From Bacteroidia bacterium (lineage in GTDB: Bacteria; Bacteroidota; Bacteroidia; NS11-12g; UBA9320), in NCBI GenBank assembly GCA_965216465.1, contig CBDCFW010000004.1, positions 32,001 to 96,000 on the forward strand: a DNA stretch of 64,000 nt. Reading direction: 5' to 3'. Made by a program: the position numbers and the translations under genes. Below the pieces are notes generated by a model, which was given only the letters and a program-made list of their open reading frames with translations, searched no databases and was not told the origin of the DNA. Of the stretch, positions 9,504 to 19,819 are shown piece by piece (the first letter of the stretch is position 1; every line of letters begins with the position of its first letter).

Positions 9504-9838
9504 AGAAACTGGTTCACCAATTCAGGCGGTCTGCAAACTACAGCCTTATCTCCCTTAACTACGATAGGACGTTCAATTAGCTTTGGATAAGAAGCCATGG
9601 CATCAATGTGCTCATCTTCGCTCATGGTTTTGCCTTTGAAGTTTTCTTTCCAAATAGCTTCACTTTTTCGAATTAATTCAGAAGGCTGAATACCTAGTTT
9701 GTTAATAAGCTTAACCAGTTCTTCTCTGCTAGGAGGAGTTTCTAAGTAGTTGATTATCTCAACCTTGTCAGAAGGAATTAAAGCTAGACATTGTCTGCTC
9801 TTTGAGCATCTATTGTTATGGTAGATTTTAAGTTTCAT
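9500..9838 (-). CDS. ArsC/Spx-family (glutaredoxin-type arsenate reductase-like) protein
   Basis: 'IYHNNRCSKSR' and 'PKLIERPIV'. Confidence 0.85.
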   Translation of the reverse strand: MKLKIYHNNRCSKSRQCLALIPSDKVEIINYLETPPSREELVKLINKLGIQPSELIRKSEAIWKENFKGKTMSEDEHIDAMASYPKLIERPIVVKGDKAVVCRPPELVNQFL

Positions 9839-9841
9839 GGT

Positions 9842-10849
9842 TTAATTTCCTTGAGGAGCTCCCATCACGGTGGTATATTTTAATACTAATTTTTTGTCTG
9901 GGAAGATTCGTTTGTACGCAGATTGAACAGCTAAGGTTGCCTCATGAAATCCGCATAGAATCAGTTTTAGCTTTCCTTCATAAGAATTGATGTCTCCTAC
10001 TGCAAAAATTCCAGGAACGTTTGTAGAATAATCAACTGTATTTACTTCAATAGATTCTTTGCCTAGGTCGAGACCCCATTCTTTTATAGGCCCTAGTTTC
10101 GGGCTTAATCCAAATAGAGGAATAAAGTTATCTGCCTCGATATTAACAAGTTCACCATCGTTCTTAGTTACCTCAACTTGATTCAAGCTTTCCGCTCCGT
10201 TGAGTGCTGATATCTGAGCTTCGGTGATTAATGTGATTTTAGATGCCTTGCTCAGATTCTCTACCTTTTCAACAGAGTCTAAAGCACCTCTAAAACCTTT
10301 TCTTCGGTGTACAAGCGTAACTTCACTCGCAACATCGGCTAAAAAGATGGTCCAGTCAAGTGCACTGTCACCTCCTCCGGCAATTACAACTTTTTTATCT
10401 CTAAATTTCTCAGGGTCTTTGATGATGTAGTCAACCCCATGATCTTCAAATTTTACAAGATTCTCTAAATCAGGTTTTCGTGGTTCGAAACAACCTAAAC
10501 CTCCTGCAATAATTACATTAGGGGCTTTGTGTTGAGTTCCTCTGCTTGTTGTTACGATAAACTGATCATCATCGGTGCGGTCAATTGTTTCTGCACGTTC
10601 ACCTAAAGTGAATCCAGGAGAAAATGGCTTCGCTTGCTCCATCAAATTGTCTACCAATTCACCCGCTAAAATGCTTGGAAACCCAGGAATATCATAAATA
10701 GGCTTCTTGGGGTATATCTCTGCTAGCTGCCCTCCCGGTTGAGGAAGGTAGTCGATTAAATGGCATTTAAGCTTAAGTAATCCAGCTTCAAAAACAGTGA
10801 ACAATCCGGTGGGGCCGGCTCCAATTATTATAATGTCCGTTTCAATCAC
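9842..10849 (-). CDS. Ferredoxin-NADP reductase, thioredoxin-reductase-like (YumC type); probable GTG start at 10849
   Basis: 'IIGAGPTG', 'YPKKPIYDIPGFP', 'GGGDSALDW', 'GKLKLILCGFHE'; no CxxC. Start placed just downstream of TACCTTTG (10862-10855). Confidence 0.88.
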   Translation of the reverse strand: MIETDIIIIGAGPTGLFTVFEAGLLKLKCHLIDYLPQPGGQLAEIYPKKPIYDIPGFPSILAGELVDNLMEQAKPFSPGFTLGERAETIDRTDDDQFIVTTSRGTQHKAPNVIIAGGLGCFEPRKPDLENLVKFEDHGVDYIIKDPEKFRDKKVVIAGGGDSALDWTIFLADVASEVTLVHRRKGFRGALDSVEKVENLSKASKITLITEAQISALNGAESLNQVEVTKNDGELVNIEADNFIPLFGLSPKLGPIKEWGLDLGKESIEVNTVDYSTNVPGIFAVGDINSYEGKLKLILCGFHEATLAVQSAYKRIFPDKKLVLKYTTVMGAPQGN

Positions 10850-10965
10850 GGGTGCAAAGGTAATTAGCAAAAGCATCCGTCGAATGATTTTAGTCATTTT
10901 AAAAAGTGATGGCAATATATGTTCTGATAATGAGTTAAATAATCAACTATTTTTGAAGCGATTCT

Positions 10966-13059
10966 ATGAATTGGAATATAGAGCTAGCATACTCGTGGGG
11001 TTTGGTTTTTATCTGTTTAATTGTGGGAGCAGTGTATGCGGGAATTCTCTATTATCGAAATGCCCAAAACCTGCACACCGATAAGAATCTGATCAAATGG
11101 ATTTTACCGGCAGCCCGGTTTATTCTCGTTTCATTGTTGGCCTTCTTTCTTTTATCGCCAGTATTTAAGTATGTAGGATACAATACAGAAAAGCCAATAA
11201 TTGCTATGATAGTCGATGATTCCAAATCAATGGCATCAAGTGATTCCGCCTCAGCTTTACAGAATTTGAAAGATGAAGTAGAATCTATTCAAAAGGGATT
11301 GCAATCAAAATTTGATGTTCAGGTCATAAAGCTTGGGCAAAATGTTGCAACCAGTTCGAAGAGCGAATTAACATTAAGCGAAACAAGAACAAATCTGTCT
11401 TCCGGTCTAAATTACATGGCCAATAACTATGTAAATGAGAATGTCGCGGCGGCAATTATGATGTCAGACGGCATATACAATCAAGGGCCTAATCCTTCAA
11501 ACGTGCTTACTAGACTAAAGCTCCCGATACATACGGTGCGATATGGTGACACAACCAAACAGGCTGATTTGTTAGTAAAAGAAGTTCAACACAATTCGAT
11601 TGCTTATTTGGGTAATCAGTTTCCGTTTAGAATAGCAATTTCAGCGTTCGGCTTGCCACAACGTGTTACAACTTTGTCTGTGTATCACAATGGAACATTG
11701 AAATTACAAGAAACCGTTTCAATTAATGAGCAAGAATTCTTTAAAGAGCTTGAGTATCTTTTGGTAGCCGACAAACTCGGCAATAATAGAGTTGATGTAA
11801 TTCTCTCTGAAGTGGAAGGGGAGTCGAACACAGTTAATAACAACTACTCTTTTTATATCGATGTGGTCGATAGTCGAAAGAAAATTGCACTTTGGGCAGA
11901 TGCACCTCATCCTGATTTAGGAGCACTAAAGTCGGTTATTGAAGGCAATGACAATTATGATCTCTCCTTTAGCTACAGAAGTTACGAAACACGTACGGAT
12001 TGGGATTTGGTGATTTTGCACAACTGGTTTCAAAATGCAGAACAGTTGAATATTTATGAAGCACTTCACAGTAAGAAAGTAGCAGTGCTCGTTATTTTAG
12101 GAAGTGATTTTAACGCTAAATATTTTAATAGCTCGAGCTCATCAATTAACTTCAGTGGATCGGGATTAAGTTACAATTCCAGCTTACCTGCATTGAACAA
12201 TGAATTTGAATACTTCGAATTGGAAACTGAGGTAGAAACTCAATTGCTAAAATGGCCGCCTTTAAATACGCCATTCGGGAAATTCACTGGGTTTAAACCT
12301 AGCGACGTGGTTCTGTATCAGCAGATTGGCAGTGTTAAAACCACAGAACCGCTAATTTTGGTAAAAGAAGAAGCGAATGGAAATCGACTCGGATTAATAA
12401 GTGGTACTGGGATGTGGCAATGGAGACTTCAAGATTATGCGCAAAATGGCTCGCATTATGCCATAGCACAATTAACTAACAAGCTGGTGCAATACTTGTC
12501 GCTCAAGCAAGATAAAAAGTTGTTGAGCGTAAAACCGGCACAACTAGAATACGAACAAGGCGAAATAGTTAACCTCTTAGGCGAGGCATATAATCAAAGT
12601 TTAGAAGCTTTGGCAGATCAGGAGATTGCGGTTCGTTTAAGAAATGAAGCCAACAAAGAATTTAAGCATATTATGACTTCCAGTGGCGAACGCTATAAAT
12701 TAAAATTGAAAGGATTAAATCCTGGCGTTTATACCTACAATGCAAGTGTCAATATTGGTGGTGAAGTGTTAAAAGACAATGGATATTTTATTGTGCTTGG
12801 ACAAGAGATTGAAATGGCTAGAACACATGCTGACCATGATCTTCTGAAGTACCTGAGTTTAGAAACAGGAGGTAAATCTTATGAGGCAGGTGCAAGTGAA
12901 CAATTGGTAAAAGACCTTACCACAAACGATGCCTATAAAAGTGCAATAGTTGAGGATTTCAGAGTGCAAGATTTGATCGAATTGAAGTGGGTTTTTTGGT
13001 TACTGGTAGCGCTTTTAAGCTTAGAATGGTTCATCCGTAAATGGGTTGGTGGTTACTAA
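10966..13059 (+). CDS. Membrane-anchored vWA-like domain protein (conserved hypothetical)
   Basis: Two N-terminal TM helices, MIDAS-like 'DDSKSM' and 'MSDG', C-terminal 'LLSLEWFIRKWVGGY'. Confidence 0.7.
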   Translation: MNWNIELAYSWGLVFICLIVGAVYAGILYYRNAQNLHTDKNLIKWILPAARFILVSLLAFFLLSPVFKYVGYNTEKPIIAMIVDDSKSMASSDSASALQNLKDEVESIQKGLQSKFDVQVIKLGQNVATSSKSELTLSETRTNLSSGLNYMANNYVNENVAAAIMMSDGIYNQGPNPSNVLTRLKLPIHTVRYGDTTKQADLLVKEVQHNSIAYLGNQFPFRIAISAFGLPQRVTTLSVYHNGTLKLQETVSINEQEFFKELEYLLVADKLGNNRVDVILSEVEGESNTVNNNYSFYIDVVDSRKKIALWADAPHPDLGALKSVIEGNDNYDLSFSYRSYETRTDWDLVILHNWFQNAEQLNIYEALHSKKVAVLVILGSDFNAKYFNSSSSSINFSGSGLSYNSSLPALNNEFEYFELETEVETQLLKWPPLNTPFGKFTGFKPSDVVLYQQIGSVKTTEPLILVKEEANGNRLGLISGTGMWQWRLQDYAQNGSHYAIAQLTNKLVQYLSLKQDKKLLSVKPAQLEYEQGEIVNLLGEAYNQSLEALADQEIAVRLRNEANKEFKHIMTSSGERYKLKLKGLNPGVYTYNASVNIGGEVLKDNGYFIVLGQEIEMARTHADHDLLKYLSLETGGKSYEAGASEQLVKDLTTNDAYKSAIVEDFRVQDLIELKWVFWLLVALLSLEWFIRKWVGGY

Positions 13060-13116
13060 ACTGCGAATTGTTTTAGCATTTTTAAATAAATTGTGCAGTA
13101 ATTAGATAATATTTTA

Positions 13117-13124
13117 TACTTTTG
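13117..13124 (+). promoter_or_regulatory. -7 promoter element of rpsO-pnp
   Basis: TACTTTTG, about 30 bp upstream of the rpsO ATG. Confidence 0.65.
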
Positions 13125-13155
13125 CAGGCCATTTAAAGAAGTATTTATATTTAGA

Positions 13156-13425
13156 ATGCGATTAACAGCGGAAAAAAAGACAGAGATTATAGCTCAATAT
13201 GGAGGAGATGCTAAAAACACTGGGCATGCAGAAGCTCAGATTGCGTTGTTTACTCATAGAATCCAGCATTTAACTGAGCACTTAAAAGTGAATAAAAAAG
13301 ATTTCTCTGCAGAGCTTAGCTTGGTTAAGCTTGTAGGTAAGAGAAGAGCTTTATTGAACTTTGTTGCTAAAAACGATATTCTTAAGTATAGAGAATTAAT
13401 CAAAAAATTAGGTATTAGAAAGTAA
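13156..13425 (+). CDS. rpsO: 30S ribosomal protein uS15
   Basis: 'TGHAEAQIALFTHRIQHLTEHLK..KKD', 'LVGKRRALL', 'LGIRK'. Confidence 0.97.
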   Translation: MRLTAEKKTEIIAQYGGDAKNTGHAEAQIALFTHRIQHLTEHLKVNKKDFSAELSLVKLVGKRRALLNFVAKNDILKYRELIKKLGIRK

Positions 13426-13493
13426 TTCTAATCTAACTACCTAAATCTTCTTGTAAAAAAGTCCCGTTCCGTATAGGCGTAAAAACTTATATA

Positions 13494-15767
13494 ATGAACG
13501 TTTATACTCAAAATTTAGATTATGGAGACGGCAAGGCCGTTTCAATTGAAACCGGAAAACTTGCACGACAAGCACACGGAGCTGTAGTTGTTTCTCAGGG
13601 AAAAATGAAGCTTCTTGCAACAGTTGTCTCAAATAAAGAAGCTCGTGATGGTGTAGATTTTCTACCCATGTCTGTAGATTATCAAGAAAAATTTGCTGCT
13701 GGAGGTAGAATTCCGGGTGGTTTTCTTCGTAGAGAAGGAAGATTATCTAACGCAGAAATTCTAGTTTGTAGAATTGTTGACAGAACATTACGTCCGCTTT
13801 TCCCTTCAGATTATCATTCAGAAACTCAAGTGATGATTCAGTTGATATCAGCTGATGAGAGAGTTATGCCAGATGCACTAGTTGGTTTAGCTGCTTCTGC
13901 TGCAATGACTATTACAGATATTCCGTTTGAAGGCCCAGTTTCAGCACTTAGAGTTGGAAGAATCGATGGCCAATGGGTGATTAACCCATATGCAGATGAG
14001 ATGGAAAATTCAGATGTTGATTTAATGGTTGCAGGAACTGCCGCTGATATCAACATGGTTGAAGGAGAAATGAATGGTATTTCGGAGCAGGAGATGGTTG
14101 AAGCATTGAAGTTTGCTCACGGATATATTAAGAAAGACTGCGATGCGCAGCTTGCTCTTTGTGACCAAATGGGTGGAAGAAAAGCTCCTCGTGAATACAA
14201 TCATGAGACCAACGATGATGCATTAAAGCAAGCAGTAATTGATGCAACTTATCAAAAGTTTTATGATGCTGCGAAAGTTCCTTCAGCAAAAGATGAGCGA
14301 GCAGAAAAATTTAAAGCTATTGTTGATGAGTACATCGAATCGCTAGGAGAAGAGGTAGAGTCAGAAACTATGACTATGGTTAGCCGTTATCTTGCTAAAT
14401 CTAAGAAAGAAGCGGTTAGAAATATGATGCTTGATAACAAGCAACGATTAGACGGAAGAGCCCTGAACGAAGTAAGACAAATATGGACTGAAGTAGATTA
14501 TCTTCCTTCTGTTCACGGATCTGCTTTATTTACACGTGGTGAAACCCAGTCGTTAACATCGATAACTTTAGGTTCGAAACTTGATCAGCAGCTAATTGAT
14601 AGCCCAATGGAAAAAAGCTACAATAAATTTATGCTGCACTATAATTTCCCTTCATTCTCTGTAGGAGAAGCTAGGCCAAATCGTGGTCCGGGCAGAAGAG
14701 AAATTGGTCATGGTAATTTAGCTGAAAGAGGACTAAAAAGAATGCTACCTGATGATTTCCCTTATACATTAAGAATCGTTTCAGATATTCTTGAGAGTAA
14801 CGGAAGTAGCTCAATGGCAACGGTTTGTGCAGGAAGTATGGCAATGATGGATGCTGGTATTCAGGTTAAAGCTGGTGCTAGTGGAATTGCAATGGGGATG
14901 GTTGCCGATGACAAAGGACGATACGCAATTCTTTCTGATATCTTAGGTGATGAAGATCACTTAGGAGACATGGACTTTAAAGTTGTTGGTAACGAGTCTG
15001 GAATCTATGCATGTCAAATGGACATGAAAGTTGAAGGTTTGTCTTACGATGTTTTAGAAGAAGCATTAATGCAAGCGAAGGAAGGAAGAATGCACATTCT
15101 AAGAGAAATGGAAAAAACCATTTCTAAGCCTAATGCAGGACTTAAAGATCACGCTCCACAATTGGAGATGATGCAGATTCCTAAAGATAAAATTGGAGCT
15201 GTAATTGGTTCTGGAGGTAAAGTAATCCAAGAAATTCAAGCTGAGACAGGAGCTACAGTAACCATTGAAGAAGAAGGCGATATTGGAGTAGTAGAAATCT
15301 CTGGTATTGGTAGTGAGCCAATCGCTAAAGCTAAAGAATGGATTCTTGGAATCATTACCGATCCTGAAGTAGGAACTGAATACGTAGGTAAAGTGAAATC
15401 AATCGTTGATTTCGGTGCCTTTGTTGAAATCTTGCCAGGTAAAGAAGGATTACTGCACATTTCAGAAATAAGCTGGGAAAGGCTAGAGTCTATGGAAGGT
15501 GTATTTGAAGATGGCGAAGAAGTGAAAGTTAAGCTTATCGAATTTGATGAGCGTAATGGTAAGCTTCGTTTGTCGAGAAAAGTATTGTTAGAAAAACCTG
15601 AAGGATATGTTGAACGTGCACCACGTGAGCGAAGAGACAATAACAGAGGTAGAGACAATAGAGGTCGCGGAGGAAGAGATAATAGAGGGCGCGACAGAAG
15701 AAACTCTCGCGGAGATCGTAATCATGATCGCGGAGAGAAAAGAAGCAACAAACCTGCTGAAGAGTAG
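13494..15767 (+). CDS. pnp: Polyribonucleotide nucleotidyltransferase
   Basis: 'ETGKLARQA', 'GGFLRREG', 'RREIGHG', 'SNGSSSMA', 'EDHLGDMDFKV', KH and S1 domains; follows rpsO. Confidence 0.98.
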   Translation: MNVYTQNLDYGDGKAVSIETGKLARQAHGAVVVSQGKMKLLATVVSNKEARDGVDFLPMSVDYQEKFAAGGRIPGGFLRREGRLSNAEILVCRIVDRTLRPLFPSDYHSETQVMIQLISADERVMPDALVGLAASAAMTITDIPFEGPVSALRVGRIDGQWVINPYADEMENSDVDLMVAGTAADINMVEGEMNGISEQEMVEALKFAHGYIKKDCDAQLALCDQMGGRKAPREYNHETNDDALKQAVIDATYQKFYDAAKVPSAKDERAEKFKAIVDEYIESLGEEVESETMTMVSRYLAKSKKEAVRNMMLDNKQRLDGRALNEVRQIWTEVDYLPSVHGSALFTRGETQSLTSITLGSKLDQQLIDSPMEKSYNKFMLHYNFPSFSVGEARPNRGPGRREIGHGNLAERGLKRMLPDDFPYTLRIVSDILESNGSSSMATVCAGSMAMMDAGIQVKAGASGIAMGMVADDKGRYAILSDILGDEDHLGDMDFKVVGNESGIYACQMDMKVEGLSYDVLEEALMQAKEGRMHILREMEKTISKPNAGLKDHAPQLEMMQIPKDKIGAVIGSGGKVIQEIQAETGATVTIEEEGDIGVVEISGIGSEPIAKAKEWILGIITDPEVGTEYVGKVKSIVDFGAFVEILPGKEGLLHISEISWERLESMEGVFEDGEEVKVKLIEFDERNGKLRLSRKVLLEKPEGYVERAPRERRDNNRGRDNRGRGGRDNRGRDRRNSRGDRNHDRGEKRSNKPAEE

Positions 15768-15792
15768 GAGCTACTTAAAATATATCTAATGC

Positions 15793-15823
15793 AAAGGGCG
15801 GAGTTTTCTCCGCCCTTTTTTTT
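15793..15823 (+). terminator. Intrinsic terminator after pnp
   Basis: AAAGGGCGGAG-TTTT-CTCCGCCCTTT followed by a T run. Confidence 0.92.
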
Positions 15824-16017
15824 GTGCCTTTTTTTAGCTGTTTTGAAACCAGAAATCGCTTTCAATTCTTGCCTCACATTCTCCCATCGAGGGTAAAAAA
15901 CAAGCTGAATAGACGTCTATAAACGCTAAAAACAAAATTTTACGGGAATTTCTGCCACATTGTAAAGCATTGAAGAACAGATAGTTAAAACTCTTTGTGG
16001 ATTAAATCTGTAAAAAA

Positions 16018-16045
16018 GTGGGAGATAGTGGGAGAAAGTGGGAGA
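16018..16045 (+). promoter_or_regulatory. MraZ operator (three direct repeats)
   Basis: GTGGGAGA three times at exact 10-bp period (16018, 16028, 16038) upstream of mraZ, matching known TGGG(N) MraZ boxes. Confidence 0.85.
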
Positions 16046-16083
16046 TTAAGTTTTACTTTTACAGTAATTATTTAAAAAAGCTA

Positions 16084-16554
16084 TTGTCGAAGCCACTATA
16101 CATAGGAGAATTTGAAGCCAAATTGGATGACAAGGGGCGTGTTGTTTTGCCTGCGGGTTTGAAGCGTCAATTGCCAAAAGATGCGGTGGCTAAGTTGGTG
16201 GTGAATCGCGGTTTTGAGAAGTGTCTAACGTTGTACACTCGTAAAGATTGGGATGTTGAGCTAAATGGCTTGTCGTCGTTGAATCACTTCAATAGAAAGC
16301 ATCGTTTGTTTATTCGTCAGTTTAGCAACGGAGCTACAGAGATTCAGCTTGATAACTCATCGCGTATGCTTATCCCTAAAAAGCTTTGTGAGTATGCTGA
16401 GATTAAAAACGAAGCTGTTTTTTATGCTTATGGCAATAAAATAGAAATCTGGAGCAAGCATCTGTATGAAGATATGATGGATGTGGATGCTGATGATTTT
16501 GCAGATTTAGCTGAAGATGTAATGGGTCAAGAGAATGGAGGTGACGATGACTAA
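16084..16554 (+). CDS. mraZ: Transcriptional regulator MraZ; probable TTG start at 16084
   Basis: 'GEFEAKLDDKGRVVLP', 'LDNSSRMLIP', 'IEIW'. The ORF-track start at 16018 falls inside the operator repeats. Confidence 0.93.
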   Translation: MSKPLYIGEFEAKLDDKGRVVLPAGLKRQLPKDAVAKLVVNRGFEKCLTLYTRKDWDVELNGLSSLNHFNRKHRLFIRQFSNGATEIQLDNSSRMLIPKKLCEYAEIKNEAVFYAYGNKIEIWSKHLYEDMMDVDADDFADLAEDVMGQENGGDDD

Positions 16555-17452
16555 TTATCACATTCCGGTTATGCTTGAAGAGTGCATGGAGGGATTGTCG
16601 ATTGTTGGTTATGGTACTTATGTTGATGTGACCTATGGTGGCGGTGGGCATTCTCGTGAAATTCTAAAGCACTTGGGTGAAGACGGAAGTCTGTTAGCGT
16701 TCGATCAAGATCAAGATGCTGTGAAGAATAGAACGGATGATTCTCGTTTGCATTTCTGCCAAGCTAATTTCAAATACCTTCAAAATTTCTGTTCGTATTA
16801 TGGCGTAACGCAAGTTGATGGCATTTTGGCTGACTTGGGTGTGAGTTCGCATCATTTAGATGCTGAAGATCGTGGATTCTCTTTTCGGTTTAAAGATTCT
16901 GAGTTAGACATGCGAATGAATGCAGAAATGGAACTCACGGCAAAGGATGTATTGAATACTTATGAGCAGCCAGCATTGGCTAAAATATTTAGGTCTTATG
17001 GAGAACTTGATAAAGCGTCGCCTATGGCTAATGCGATATGTTCTCATCGAAAAGTAAAGCAAATTCAAACAGCAGAAGATTTAGAAGTTGCTTTAGATAA
17101 GTTTTTAAACCCAAAGACTAGAAATAAAAGATTGGCTCAAGTTTATCAAGCTATCAGGATTGAAGTGAATCAAGAAATGAAGGCACTGGAAATGATGCTT
17201 GAGCAAGCGGTTAAGTTGTTGAAGCCTGGAGGGAGGTTAGTGGTGATGTCGTATCACTCGCTAGAAGACCGAATGGTTAAAAACTTAATTCAAACTGGAA
17301 ATGTTGACGGTGAGCGTGTAACAGATCAGTTTGGAAATCTGCCGCGTGTGTTTAAAGCGATTACGAAAAAAGTGGTCGTTGCCGGAGAAGATGAAGTGGC
17401 ACGCAATCCGCGGGCCCGAAGTGCTAAACTAAGGATCGCAGAAAAGATATAA
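16547..17452 (+). CDS. rsmH: 16S rRNA m4C1402 methyltransferase
   Basis: 'YHIPVM', 'DVTYGGGGHS', 'DLGVSS', 'SYHSLEDR', 'NPRARSAKLR'. Confidence 0.97.
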   Translation: MTNYHIPVMLEECMEGLSIVGYGTYVDVTYGGGGHSREILKHLGEDGSLLAFDQDQDAVKNRTDDSRLHFCQANFKYLQNFCSYYGVTQVDGILADLGVSSHHLDAEDRGFSFRFKDSELDMRMNAEMELTAKDVLNTYEQPALAKIFRSYGELDKASPMANAICSHRKVKQIQTAEDLEVALDKFLNPKTRNKRLAQVYQAIRIEVNQEMKALEMMLEQAVKLLKPGGRLVVMSYHSLEDRMVKNLIQTGNVDGERVTDQFGNLPRVFKAITKKVVVAGEDEVARNPRARSAKLRIAEKI

Positions 17453-17757
17453 TGGCTAAAGACAAAAAATCTAATTCCGCTTCAGAGACTATGCTTCCGG
17501 CAGAATGGATTTACTACCTCCTCTTTTTAGCAGGACTGACCTTGCTGTATATCTACTTAACGCATAGAACTGACAACATTGTTCGTGACATTGAAAAAAC
17601 CAAGAAAGGCTTGGTTGAATTACGAGCTGAAAATATCACACTGAAGTCTGAGATTATGAAAAATCGATCTCGAGCAAATCTTGAAGAAAGGTTAGAGTCT
17701 CGAGGTGTGAATGAACCAAATAGAGCAATTAAAATCATTAAAACTGAAAATGACTAA
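17452..17757 (+). CDS. ftsL: FtsL-like cell division protein
   Basis: One TM helix plus coiled coil, between rsmH and ftsI. Confidence 0.75.
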   Translation: MAKDKKSNSASETMLPAEWIYYLLFLAGLTLLYIYLTHRTDNIVRDIEKTKKGLVELRAENITLKSEIMKNRSRANLEERLESRGVNEPNRAIKIIKTEND

Positions 17758-19819
17758 TGTGAAAAGAAGCATAATGTGGCGCGTTGTCTTTGGGATGGCG
17801 ATGGTGGTGCTTTTTGCCATTTGGATTTCAGTTCAAATGTTTACCATTCAAATAGCTGAAGGTGATAAGTGGTTGAGTCAGTCAGATAGCCTCACCATCG
17901 TCCGTCAAGATATTAGTCCAGCACGTGGAAATATCTACTCAGACGATGGCAGTTTGTTGGCTACATCAATGCCTATTTACTCCATTCATTGGGATGCAAC
18001 TATTGTAAATCAAGATACTTTCAATTATTACGTTGATGATTTGGCGGTAGAGTTGTCGCGGTTGTTCCCCGAAAACACTGCGGTATACTATCGTACTGCT
18101 TTAAAACGAGCTCGCAGAGATGAGAATCGATATATGTTGGTTCGCCGTAGAGCCAACTACCACGAGCAAAAAGAAATGCGTTCAATGCCAATCTTCAGAA
18201 AAGGAAGATATCGTGGAGGTTTTGTTTCTGAATTAACCACTAAAAGAGTTCGTCCTGCTGGTCAATTAGCGTTCAGAACAATTGGTTATAGAACACAAGA
18301 TAATCCAGGAGTTGGGCTTGAAAGAACGTACAATGAAGATCTTGGTGGTGTAAGCGGTAAGCGACTCGCTCAAAAAATATCAGGTGGATACCGCCCGATC
18401 AATGATGAAAATCTTATCGAGCCTCAAAACGGGCGAGATGTGCACACTACAATCAATATTGACTTCCAAGAGATAGCTCAGAGATCTCTCTCTGCTGCAC
18501 TTGAACGTCACAAAGCAGATCACGGCTGTGTTGTGGTTATGGAGGTTAAGACTGGAAAGATAAAAGCTATTTCAAACCTACTAAATGCTGGTGAAGGAAG
18601 ATTTGTTGAGCGATACAATTATGCAATTGGAGAAAGCTATGAACCGGGCAGTGTTTGGAAAGTGTTTTCAGCAATGGCGGCATTTGAAGATGAGCTAATT
18701 GATGTTGACGATTCAGTTAACCTGTATAATGGCTACCGCAAATACTTCGACCAAGAGATGGTTGATTCAGACCGCGGAAAGTACAAGAAAGCAAGCTTTA
18801 GAGATGCCTTTGCAAGATCTAGTAATGTGGCGTTTTCTTCAATAATTTATGACAACTATGTGTCTGATCCAAACAAGTATATCTCGTACTTGAAAAAGCT
18901 GGATTTGCATGTGGCTACTGGCATAGAAATTTTAGGTGAGCCAGAGCCTGTTTTAAATCACCCAGCGTCTTCAAGCTGGTCTAGATTAACCTTGCCTTGG
19001 TTGGCGATTGGGTATGAAAACCAACACACTCCGTTACAGTTGCTTACTGCATACAACGGAATAATTAACGATGGGTTAATGATTAATCCTCAAATCGTGA
19101 GTCAGGTTACTGATGCCGGACTTGTTATTAGAGACCTGGAGTCAGAGGTTGAAACCAAAAGAGTTTGCTCAAAAGAAACGTCAGATAAAATAAAACTACT
19201 AACTAAAGCTGTATTTGATAAGGGTTCTGCCCGACGATCAAGCTCTTCGGTAGTAACAATGGGAGGTAAAACTGGAACTGCTCAGATTGCGTCTCCTTCA
19301 GGTTACAAGAAAGTAAAACAGTACAACGCAAGTTTCGTTGGTCACTTTCCAGCCGAAGAGCCGGTTTACAGCATCTATGTGATGATTAACAAACCGTCTA
19401 ACGGTTTCTTCTATGCTTCTTCAGTTGCCGCTCCGGTATTTAAAGAAGTTGCTGAAAAAATTTACACCATCAGTGTTAAGCAAGAAGTGACGGATCAAGA
19501 TACAGTCTTGAACCCGCACTACTTGGTAGGGTATTACTCAGATTTTTCTACACTCAACACTGCACTTGGTTTTATGCTACGTGATGAGGTCTCAGCAGAA
19601 GTAATTCAGATTAAAACTGATGGAAGAGTGGATACACGAACCCGCACTGAAGGTCAAATGCCAAATGTGCTGGGAATGGGAGCTAAAGATGCAATGTACT
19701 TACTTGAGCTCTATGGATTAAAGCCGCAGATTAAAGGCTATGGAAGAGTTGTACAACAAAGTCCAAAAGCAGGAACACCAATAAAGCCTAACAACAAAGT
19801 TTACGTCAGATTAAATTGA
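17750..19819 (+). CDS. ftsI: Peptidoglycan transpeptidase PBP3 with PASTA domain
   Basis: 'RGNIYSDDG', SxxK 'EPGSVWK', SxN 'SSNV', 'GKTGTAQ', C-terminal PASTA 'MPNVLGM'. Start taken as MTNVK at 17750. Confidence 0.92.
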   Translation: MTNVKRSIMWRVVFGMAMVVLFAIWISVQMFTIQIAEGDKWLSQSDSLTIVRQDISPARGNIYSDDGSLLATSMPIYSIHWDATIVNQDTFNYYVDDLAVELSRLFPENTAVYYRTALKRARRDENRYMLVRRRANYHEQKEMRSMPIFRKGRYRGGFVSELTTKRVRPAGQLAFRTIGYRTQDNPGVGLERTYNEDLGGVSGKRLAQKISGGYRPINDENLIEPQNGRDVHTTINIDFQEIAQRSLSAALERHKADHGCVVVMEVKTGKIKAISNLLNAGEGRFVERYNYAIGESYEPGSVWKVFSAMAAFEDELIDVDDSVNLYNGYRKYFDQEMVDSDRGKYKKASFRDAFARSSNVAFSSIIYDNYVSDPNKYISYLKKLDLHVATGIEILGEPEPVLNHPASSSWSRLTLPWLAIGYENQHTPLQLLTAYNGIINDGLMINPQIVSQVTDAGLVIRDLESEVETKRVCSKETSDKIKLLTKAVFDKGSARRSSSSVVTMGGKTGTAQIASPSGYKKVKQYNASFVGHFPAEEPVYSIYVMINKPSNGFFYASSVAAPVFKEVAEKIYTISVKQEVTDQDTVLNPHYLVGYYSDFSTLNTALGFMLRDEVSAEVIQIKTDGRVDTRTRTEGQMPNVLGMGAKDAMYLLELYGLKPQIKGYGRVVQQSPKAGTPIKPNNKVYVRLN

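Noticed and set aside
16018-16045. Short direct repeats as a CRISPR-like or novel repeat
   Set aside because: Fully explained as the MraZ operator; no spacers or cas genes.
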